A stretch of 64,000 nt of DNA from Holophagae bacterium (lineage in GTDB: Bacteria; Acidobacteriota; Thermoanaerobaculia; Thermoanaerobaculales; Sulfomarinibacteraceae): NCBI GenBank assembly GCA_003105185.1, contig PQAJ01000245.1:35253-99252 (forward strand), written 5' to 3'. A program made the position numbers and the translations under genes. Under the pieces are notes generated by a model. That model was not told the origin of the DNA. It ran no database searches and worked only from the letters and a program-made list of their open reading frames with translations. This document shows positions 17,793 to 24,995 of this stretch, one piece after another. Every line of letters begins with the position of its first letter. Position 1 is the first letter of the stretch.

Positions 17793-19102
17793 CCAAGATC
17801 CTCATGCTTTCACGCGCGGCCGTGGGACCGAAGATGGCCTCCCCCGGCATCCGCGCCTACCAGCTCGCCGGCGCCCTCGGGCGCGCACTCCCCGAAGCCG
17901 AAATCACCCTCGGCATCCCCGGCGACCGCGGGACCATCGCCCCACCCGCCCCCAACGTCCGCCTCCAGCACTGGACCTCCAACGCCGAGGCCACCTTCCT
18001 CGCCGGCGCCCATGATGTGACGGTCTCGCGGAATTTCCCCCCCCAGTTCGCGCGCCTCATGGGCAAGACCTTGCTCGCGCTCGATGCTTTCACGCCGCTC
18101 TACGTGGAGTGGATGGAGCTTTCGCGGCGCGACTTTCCGCCCAGGCTCCGCCGCACCTGGATGGCGAGCAATCGCTGGTACCTCAACATGCAGCTCACCC
18201 TCGCCGACTTCATGTTCTGCGCCGATGAGCGCCAGCGGGACATGTGGATCGGGATGCTGATGGCCCTCGCACTCGTCCCGCCCGATATGTACGAGCGCGA
18301 CCCGTCGCTCCGCAAGTTCATCGATATCGTCCCCTACGGCGTCTCCCAGCGCCCCCTCGATGCCCACGGGCCGGTGCTACGTGGCGTGGTGCCCGGGATC
18401 GAGCATGGCGACCGCGTGCTCCTCTGGAACGGCGGCATCACCGAGTGGAACGATGCCGTCACGCTCCTCCGCGCGATGGACCGGCTGGCCGGGGAGCGCC
18501 CGGAGGTGAAGCTCGTCTTCATGGGTGTGAACCACCCCGACTACGCCTTCGGGCCCGACGCGGGCGTGACGAAACAGGCGATCGACCTTGCCCGCGAGCT
18601 CGGCCTCGAGGGCCGCAACGTCTTCTTCCTCTCGGGCTGGGTGCCCTACGAGCGTATAGACGACTACCTGGCCGAGGCCGATGCCAGCGTCTGCCTCGGC
18701 TACGAAAACCTCGAAAGCCGCTTCGCCTTCCGCACGCGCTACGTCGACCTCTTCCGGGCGCGCGTGCCGCTGCTCTGCACGCGCGGTGACGTGCTCGCCG
18801 AGCGCGTCGAGAGCGACCCGCTCGGCATCACCGTGTCCGAGCGCGATGTCGATGGCGTGGTCGCGGGGATCGAGCGCCTGCTCGACGACGCGGCGTTCAC
18901 TGACCGGTGCCGCGAAAGCCTGGGACGCATCGCCGGCGAGCTCGCCTGGGATGTGGCCGCGCAGCCGCTGGTCGATTTCTGCCGGGCGGGCGAAAGCTGG
19001 GCAATGCCGCCGCGACGTCGCCACTTCGATGCCTACACCCGCAGCGCCTGGTACCTCGGCCTCAAGACCATTACCCGGGGCCGGGGGTTCCGCGCCCCCT
19101 GA
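17789..19102 (+). CDS. glycosyltransferase (GT-B fold), paralog 2
   Basis: 437 aa, collinear with paralog 1 (MTKILMLSRAAVGPKMASPGIRA.. / ..VEWMEL.. / ..LLWNGGI.. / ..ESRFAFRTRYVDLF..). Confidence 0.85.
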   Translation: MTKILMLSRAAVGPKMASPGIRAYQLAGALGRALPEAEITLGIPGDRGTIAPPAPNVRLQHWTSNAEATFLAGAHDVTVSRNFPPQFARLMGKTLLALDAFTPLYVEWMELSRRDFPPRLRRTWMASNRWYLNMQLTLADFMFCADERQRDMWIGMLMALALVPPDMYERDPSLRKFIDIVPYGVSQRPLDAHGPVLRGVVPGIEHGDRVLLWNGGITEWNDAVTLLRAMDRLAGERPEVKLVFMGVNHPDYAFGPDAGVTKQAIDLARELGLEGRNVFFLSGWVPYERIDDYLAEADASVCLGYENLESRFAFRTRYVDLFRARVPLLCTRGDVLAERVESDPLGITVSERDVDGVVAGIERLLDDAAFTDRCRESLGRIAGELAWDVAAQPLVDFCRAGESWAMPPRRRHFDAYTRSAWYLGLKTITRGRGFRAP

Positions 19103-19236
19103 CCGCTAACCTGTGTGCCGGTTTCGACGGCCGCTGGCAGCGAGACCACCCGCCACCGGAACGACAGGCGCGGACGCAGCTGGGTGATCTCCCCGGGGGC
19201 TGCCGAGGCGTGAACTGCCAACCGTCACTTGTGTGT

Positions 19237-19259
19237 GATTGTGCGATTGTGGTATTGTG
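19237..19259 (+). repeat. three 8-bp-phased direct repeats (GATTGTG c GATTGTG g TATTGTG), candidate VapB operator/promoter
   Basis: The repeats end 22 nt upstream of the vapB ATG (19281), which is preceded by TAGGAGGTG. Confidence 0.4.
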
Positions 19260-19280
19260 CGCAACATAGGAGGTGCAGCC

Positions 19281-19628
19281 ATGAGCGCGAGACTGACCGT
19301 CGTGCTCGACGACGAAGACCTGTACCGGCGGCTGAAAGTGAAGGCCGCCCTCGATGGCGTCCCGATGAAGGAACTCATCGAGCGGGGGCTGCGGCTGGTG
19401 GTGGATACCGGGGCCGCGCCGGCGGCCGAGGCGAAATCGTTCGACTGGGACGAATACGAAGCCATGCTGAAGCGGCTGGAGGACCAGGACGAGGCGCTCG
19501 GACTGGATTCGGCGGCGCTTCCGGAGGACCTCTCGGATATCAAGCGCTACCTGTACGGCGTTCCGGAGGCCGGGCGCCTCTGGCCGAAGCGGGCTGCGGA
19601 AGAGCCCGCCGAGTATGACGCCCCGTGA
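19281..19628 (+). CDS. vapB: RHH-type antitoxin (VapB-like)
   Basis: MSARLTVVLDDEDLYRRLKVKAALDGVPMKELIERGL is an RHH signature. The stop overlaps the PIN gene start (GTGA). Confidence 0.75.
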   Translation: MSARLTVVLDDEDLYRRLKVKAALDGVPMKELIERGLRLVVDTGAAPAAEAKSFDWDEYEAMLKRLEDQDEALGLDSAALPEDLSDIKRYLYGVPEAGRLWPKRAAEEPAEYDAP

Positions 19629-20041
19629 AGGTCTTCTTCGATGCGAGTGCCCTGGTGCCACTGGTCTACACCCGGGACCAGTGGCACTTCACCGTCCGGC
19701 GGCACCTGGCGCTCCTTGGCCAGGGCCGCCCCTTCACGATGGTCACCAGCAATTGGACGCTTTACGAGGCGCTGACCATCGTGAAGCGGGCCGGCCATCA
19801 TCGCGTGGTCGAGTTGCACCGGTACGCGGCAAAGGCCATGGACATCGTGGCTGTGAACCCGGCAGCCGAATCCGAGGCGCTGCGGCGCTTCGTTGGGTGG
19901 AGCGATAAGACGGCCTCGGTGGTCGACCACGCGAATCTGCTGGCCGCGCTTGCCAGCGGCTGCGACGCCATCCTCACCTTTGACGCGGACTTTCTGCCGA
20001 TCGCCCAGGGCACCGGAATCCGGGTGCTGGGGGCGCGGTGA
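19625..20041 (+). CDS. vapC: PIN-domain toxin (VapC family)
   Basis: MKVFFDASALVPL.. (first acidic residue) .. SVVDHANL.. ILTFDADF.., showing PIN acidic-residue spacing. Confidence 0.85.
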   Translation: MKVFFDASALVPLVYTRDQWHFTVRRHLALLGQGRPFTMVTSNWTLYEALTIVKRAGHHRVVELHRYAAKAMDIVAVNPAAESEALRRFVGWSDKTASVVDHANLLAALASGCDAILTFDADFLPIAQGTGIRVLGAR

Positions 20042-20211
20042 CGCAGTGGTGCCGGCCCGGCCGCTTTCGGGCGACAGACATCCCAGCGCGCCATCCCTGG
20101 CGCGCCTCCTATGGATCCTCTACGCCTCCGCGCCTCTCTGTTCATCCGTCGCCATTCGCGTGAGAGCGGCATGCAGGCGCTCGCTCACGCGCTCGCCTCG
20201 GCTGGATCCTG

Positions 20212-20601
20212 TTAGTCGTCGATGACGGCGTCGACTTCGATTTCAATGAGCATTTCCGGGCTGATGAGCGCGCAGACCTGGACCATCGTTGCGGCCGGGC
20301 GGAGGTCGCGGAAGCATTCGCCGTGCGCGCGCCCGAACTCCTCCCAGAGGGAGATGTCGGTGACGAACATGCGTGTGCGGACCACGTGGCGCATCGCCGC
20401 GCCAGCCTCGGCGAGGGCCGCTTCGATGATTTCGAAACAGCGTTTCGCCTGGAGGTAGCCTTCGCCGGGGCCGAAGACCGAGCCATCCGGGGCGGCGGCG
20501 GTGGTGCCCGCCACGAAGACGTGATTGCCGGTGCGCACGGCCCGCGAGTAGCCGACGACGGCTTCCCAGGGGCCGCCGGAGGAGATGACCCGGCGGTTCA
20601 C
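20212..20601 (-). CDS. RidA/YjgF/Rid-family protein
   Basis: The GTG at 20601 overlaps the ruvB stop (GTGA). ..[34 protein letters not shown] are typical Rid-family motifs. Confidence 0.85.
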   Translation of the reverse strand: MNRRVISSGGPWEAVVGYSRAVRTGNHVFVAGTTAAAPDGSVFGPGEGYLQAKRCFEIIEAALAEAGAAMRHVVRTRMFVTDISLWEEFGRAHGECFRDLRPAATMVQVCALISPEMLIEIEVDAVIDD

Positions 20602-21650
20602 GGTGGCGCCTCGCCGTCCTCGGCGCTCCAGAGGGTCGGCTGGACCTCGGACTTGCGCGGGGGCTCCATCCCCAGGTGGCGATAGGCGGCGGCAGTGGCG
20701 ACCCGCCCCCGCGGCGTGCGGTTGAGGAAGCCGCACTGCAGGAGGAACGGCTCGTAGACATCCATGATGGTGTCGGACTCCTCGGAGATGGCGGCGGCGA
20801 TCGTCTCAAGGCCGACGGGCCCGCCGTCGAACTTCTCGATGATGCACCGGAGGACGGAGCGGTCGGCGTCATCCAGGCCCAGGTCGTCGACATCGAGCAT
20901 GGCGAGGGCCGCGCGGGCGGCCTCGAGGGTGACGCTCCCGCTGTTGCGCACCTCCGCATAGTCGCGGACGCGGCGGAGCAGGCGGTTGGCGATCCGGGGC
21001 GTGCCTCGCGAGCGCCGGGCGATCTCGAAGGCGGCGTCATCGGGCACACTGACACCCATGAGGCTGGCCGAACGGCGCACGATCACCGTGAGCGTCTCGG
21101 GGTCGTAGAAGTCGAGGCGGAAGACGGACCCGAAGCGGTCCCGCAGGGGCGCGCTGACCATCGCGTAGCGCGTGGTGGCGCCGATGAGGGTGAAGCTGGG
21201 CATCGCAAGGCGCACCGAACGGGCGCCCGGACCCTTGCCGATGACGAGGTCTAGGGCGAAATCCTCCATCGCCGGGTAGAGGATCTCTTCGACCGTGCGC
21301 GAAAGCCGGTGGATCTCGTCGATGAAGAGAAGGTCGTGTTCCTTGAGGTTCGTGAGGATCGCCGCGAGGTCGCCCGGGCGTTCGATGGCGGGGCCGGAGG
21401 TGGTGCGTATGGAGACGCCCATCTCGTTCGCGACGATGTTGGCCAGGGTGGTCTTGCCCAGTCCAGGCGGGCCATAGAGCAGCAGGTGGTCGAGCGCTTC
21501 TCCGCGCTGTTTCGCGGCCTCGACGGCGATGGCGAGGTTGGCCTTGGTGCGGTCCTGGCCGGGGAACTCCCCGAGCGTCTTCGGGCGAAGCGACCGCTCG
21601 GCCTCGTCGTCGACGATGAGGGTGGCAGCCACGAGGCGCTCTTCGGTCAC
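20598..21650 (-). CDS. ruvB: Holliday junction branch-migration helicase RuvB
   Basis: [12 protein letters not shown].., Walker [10 protein letters not shown], and DEIHRL. The preferred start is the GTG at 21650, because the ORF-track start (21668) lies inside the apparent -10/LexA-like region. Confidence 0.95.
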   Translation of the reverse strand: MTEERLVAATLIVDDEAERSLRPKTLGEFPGQDRTKANLAIAVEAAKQRGEALDHLLLYGPPGLGKTTLANIVANEMGVSIRTTSGPAIERPGDLAAILTNLKEHDLLFIDEIHRLSRTVEEILYPAMEDFALDLVIGKGPGARSVRLAMPSFTLIGATTRYAMVSAPLRDRFGSVFRLDFYDPETLTVIVRRSASLMGVSVPDDAAFEIARRSRGTPRIANRLLRRVRDYAEVRNSGSVTLEAARAALAMLDVDDLGLDDADRSVLRCIIEKFDGGPVGLETIAAAISEESDTIMDVYEPFLLQCGFLNRTPRGRVATAAAYRHLGMEPPRKSEVQPTLWSAEDGEAPP

Positions 21651-21676
21651 AGGCCGAGTATAGCGCACAGATGTTC
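21651..21676 (-). promoter_or_regulatory. ruvB promoter: GAACATCTGTGC (one mismatch to GAAC-N4-GTTC), then TATACT -10, then 6 nt to GTG (leaderless candidate)
   Basis: Minus strand reads cTAGAACATCTGTGCGCTATACTCGGCCT-GTG. Confidence 0.35.
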
Positions 21677-21692
21677 TAGCGCGATGGCAAGA

Positions 21693-21878
21693 TCATTTCC
21701 GCCAGGGCAGAGTCGCCTGGATCGCCGGCCGGGGGCCGGGCAGTTCGTACGGTTTCTGGATGAACCCGGCGAGACCGAGGCCGGCGAACGGCTCAGTGCT
21801 GTCCTGCCCGGTGAAGCCGCTCATGCGGAACAGGTGGCGGCCGCGCGGCCGTTCCAGGTGGGTGGGCGCGGGCACCAT
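21693..21878 (-). pseudogene. remnant of a response-regulator receiver domain (C-terminal third only)
   Basis: ..HLFRMSGFTGQDSTEPFAGLGLAGFIQKPYEL.. matches the SG(Y/F)..A...GA.GF(I/L)QKP(F/Y) end of REC domains. The frame stays open upstream into the permease tail but has no start codon and only a degenerate ITHMVPAP (compare TDvvMPgm). Confidence 0.3.
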
Positions 21879-21901
21879 GTGTGTGATCCCGGCCTCGGGC
21901 G

Positions 21902-24013
21902 TCAGCGCCTCCTGATACGCCGCTCCAGCGGGTCGCGGCGCGAAAACGGCCTCCGCCAGCGGCGGCTGCTGCGGCCCCGTCCGCCAACGCCGAACGGCAC
22001 CGCGGTCACTTCGACGTGGCGGCGCTGGCGGAGCATGTGCGTCAGCCGCTTCAGGCTCTGGTTGACGAGCGGCCGCTGGTACCAGCGGTGGCCTTCGAGC
22101 AGCGGCACCATCACGGTCACTTCGTGCGGGGCGAGCTTCAGCCGGTCATCGATGTAGCGCGAGATGGGATCGCTGACGTTCCGGTAGGGCGAATCGATGA
22201 CCACCAGCGGGATGGCCGGGAACTGCCGGTTCCAGCGGTCTTCGACGGTCGACGGCGTGTCCGGGTCCACCACCACATGCACGGCGGTGACATCGCGCGA
22301 TCGTTCGCAGGCGGCGCCGAGCGTCATCACGGTGGCGAGGTTCACATCCTCGACGGGCACGATCACGGGGACGCGGGATTCGCCGCGGGGTTGGATATCG
22401 AGCTGCGCATCCACGGGGACGAAGAGCGTGCGCTGGAGGCTGCGGTAGAACCCTCCGATGCGCCAGACCACAACACTTGCCAGCGGGATAGCCACCACAA
22501 CGAGCCAGCCGCCCTGGGAGAACTTGGTGACCACGATGATGAGGGTCACAACGCCGGTGACGACCGCCCCAAAGCCGTTGATTATCGCGGAACGTTGCCA
22601 GCCGGGCGGCTTGAGCCGGAACCAGCGCCGGACCAGCCCGGCCTGGGCCAGGGTGAAGCAGAGGAAGACGCCGAAGGCGTACAGCGGGATGAGCCTGGTG
22701 GTGGTCGCGTTGAACGCGACGAGCAACAGCATGGCACCCGCGGCCAGGGCGGCGATGCCGTAGCTGTAGACAAGGCGGTTGCCGCGCTGGTGAAAGATCC
22801 GGGGCAGGTAGCCATCGCGCGCGAGGAGGGCCGCGAGGAGCGGATAGCCGTTGAAGGCAGTGTTCGCCGCCAGGAAGAGGATGCCCGCCGTGAAGCCCTG
22901 GAGCATGTAGTAGAACAGGTTCCGGCCAAAGACCTCCGCGCCAACCTGGGACATGACCGTCTCACGGTCGCCTTCCTGGTAGACAATGCCAAGGTGGCGG
23001 GCCAGCAGCGTGGTACCAAGAAAGAGGAAGCCGAGGAGCAGGCCCATAATCACCATCGTGATGATGGCGTTCCGCCACTCGGGCGGTTTGAAAGCCGACA
23101 CCCCATTTGAGATCGCCTCGACACCGGTCAGCGCGGCACAACCCGCGGAAAACGCCCGCAGCACCAGGAACCACATGAGCACGTTCCCGGTCTGTTCTAT
23201 CTGGCGTTGCGGATCGCCGGTTTCGAGGATGTTGGGGGCATCGCTCAGGAAGACCTTGACCATCCCTCCGAGGATGGTCGCCCCGAGGATGAAGACGAAG
23301 CCGTAGGTGGGGATGGCGAACATCGTGCCGGATTCGCGGACGCCCCGAAGATTGCCAAGGGCGATGAGGCCAACCAGCCCGATTGCGAGGGGCACAGCGA
23401 AATCGTGAGCGCCCGGCGCGGCCGAGACGATCGCTTCGACCGAGGCGGAAATCGAGACCGAGACGGTCAGCGTGTAATCGATGAGGAGCGCCGCGCCAGC
23501 CACGATCCCGGCCATGCGCCCGAGATTCTCCATCGCCACGATGTAGGCCCCGCCGCCGGCAGGGTAGGCGCGGATGAGCTGGCTATAGGAGATGATGACG
23601 ATCGCCAGCAGGGCGGTGATGGCGAGCGCGATCGGGAGGCTGAGGCTGATGCTGGCCGTGCCCGCGATCACCAGGATGAGGATGATCTCCTGGGTGGCAT
23701 AGGCGGTGGAGGAGAGCGCATCCGAGGAGAAGACGGCCAGCGCCACCTTCTTGCTCAGGCGCTGTTCGCCGAGGCGAGCGCTGGAGACCGTGGAACCGAT
23801 GATGCGGTCCTTGAGGTTGAGGAAGCGGCCGCCCCAACCGCTCCGCCGCTCGGCGTACTCGGTTGCCTCGAAGCGGCCTGTCCCGGTCTCGACGATGCCG
23901 GCCCGCGGCAGCTCCACCCGGTAGCGGGAGACGCGGCCCTGTTTATCGGTTGCTGGGGTGTATTGAGGACCGCCGCCAGAAGCTGGCATAAAGGGTAGAC
24001 TACCCCCGGGCAC
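21902..24013 (-). CDS. APC-superfamily permease with a cytoplasmic C-terminal domain (KimA-like architecture)
   Basis: 703 aa with about 12 TM helices after RLGEQRLSKKVALAVFSSDALSSTAYATQE. The soluble C-terminal domain is ..VPVIVPVEDVNLATVMTL... The last roughly 35 residues are Arg-rich and may be read-through into the REC remnant locus. Confidence 0.85.
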   Translation of the reverse strand: MPGGSLPFMPASGGGPQYTPATDKQGRVSRYRVELPRAGIVETGTGRFEATEYAERRSGWGGRFLNLKDRIIGSTVSSARLGEQRLSKKVALAVFSSDALSSTAYATQEIILILVIAGTASISLSLPIALAITALLAIVIISYSQLIRAYPAGGGAYIVAMENLGRMAGIVAGAALLIDYTLTVSVSISASVEAIVSAAPGAHDFAVPLAIGLVGLIALGNLRGVRESGTMFAIPTYGFVFILGATILGGMVKVFLSDAPNILETGDPQRQIEQTGNVLMWFLVLRAFSAGCAALTGVEAISNGVSAFKPPEWRNAIITMVIMGLLLGFLFLGTTLLARHLGIVYQEGDRETVMSQVGAEVFGRNLFYYMLQGFTAGILFLAANTAFNGYPLLAALLARDGYLPRIFHQRGNRLVYSYGIAALAAGAMLLLVAFNATTTRLIPLYAFGVFLCFTLAQAGLVRRWFRLKPPGWQRSAIINGFGAVVTGVVTLIIVVTKFSQGGWLVVVAIPLASVVVWRIGGFYRSLQRTLFVPVDAQLDIQPRGESRVPVIVPVEDVNLATVMTLGAACERSRDVTAVHVVVDPDTPSTVEDRWNRQFPAIPLVVIDSPYRNVSDPISRYIDDRLKLAPHEVTVMVPLLEGHRWYQRPLVNQSLKRLTHMLRQRRHVEVTAVPFGVGGRGRSSRRWRRPFSRRDPLERRIRRR

Positions 24014-24167
24014 GGCGTACCGTCACGTCCCCGGCCGACGCACAATGGAACTGCCAGGCACGGCGAACGACGGCATTCTCGCCTGTGCCCGCCGGAACCG
24101 AAACGTCCACCCGGTACCCTCGTCCAGGCCCAGGCGGGGCTGCGAGCCGGGCCAAAATGGCTCTAGG

Positions 24168-24995
24168 ATGGTCGCGATGCTGATCCTTTGCACAACCGAC
24201 GGCTCCCACCAATCGCTCCACGTGCTCCCACATGCGGCCACGTTTGCCCGCGCGACGGGCATGGAGATCGCGCTCGTTCGTATCTACGAGGACGACGGGC
24301 GGACGGAAGAAAACCCCGACCGCACGCAGTGGCTCCACACCGCCCTTGCTGAACACGGCATCGGCGGGCGGGTCATCGTTGCCGAACGCGGTTCGAACGA
24401 AGACACGGCGACGGCCATCGCGCGGGTTGCCTCCGAGGCGGGCGCGGCGATGATCGCCATGGATTCGCGCGGCGTTGGGGCGATGCGCCACGCGATCTTC
24501 GGCAGCACCGCCATCAGCGTACTCCGCAAGAGCCCCTGCCCGGTCCTCGTTACCGGGCCCGCGGCCGGCCCGCCTTCGACGGCCGACCCGTACCGGCTCG
24601 CGATCACCACCGACGGGAGTGCCGCATCGCGTTCGGCATTCGTCAAGCTCGGCCCGTTGCTCGAATCGTCCTGCATCCCGGTGGAAGTCATCGGCGTCTA
24701 CGTGCCCGCCCTGGCCGATGCTCCGCTGACCATCGAGCTCGAACGGCGCAAGGCCACCTGCCGCGCGGCTGCGGCCATGCTTCCGCAGTGCATCCAGTCC
24801 ACGGTCGGCGTCACGCGGGCCGAGGAGTTCGAGCGTACCGAACACGCGATCGTCCGGGCCGCGCACGAAGCAGGCGCGAGCATCATCGCGATGGGCACGC
24901 ACGGCCGGGGGCGCAGCCTGCACCTCTTCCTTGGGAGTGTTGCGCTCGGCACAGTGGAGCGCTCCGACCTGCCGGTCATTCTCTGCGGGCAATGA
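24168..24995 (+). CDS. tandem universal stress protein (2x UspA domains)
   Basis: Two repeats end in ..IAMDSRGVGAMRHAIFGSTAISVLRKSPCPVLV and ..IAMGTHGRGRSLHLFLGSVALGTVERSDLPVIL. The start is the ATG at 24168 or 24177. Confidence 0.85.
   Translation: MVAMLILCTTDGSHQSLHVLPHAATFARATGMEIALVRIYEDDGRTEENPDRTQWLHTALAEHGIGGRVIVAERGSNEDTATAIARVASEAGAAMIAMDSRGVGAMRHAIFGSTAISVLRKSPCPVLVTGPAAGPPSTADPYRLAITTDGSAASRSAFVKLGPLLESSCIPVEVIGVYVPALADAPLTIELERRKATCRAAAAMLPQCIQSTVGVTRAEEFERTEHAIVRAAHEAGASIIAMGTHGRGRSLHLFLGSVALGTVERSDLPVILCGQ

Noticed and set aside
20042-20211. Possible terminator or small gene between convergent vapC and the RidA-family gene (GGCGCGCC-containing repeats)
   Set aside because: It contains only short self-complementary GC motifs (GGCGCGCC is its own palindrome). 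There is no stable stem plus U-tract and no ORF with an RBS.
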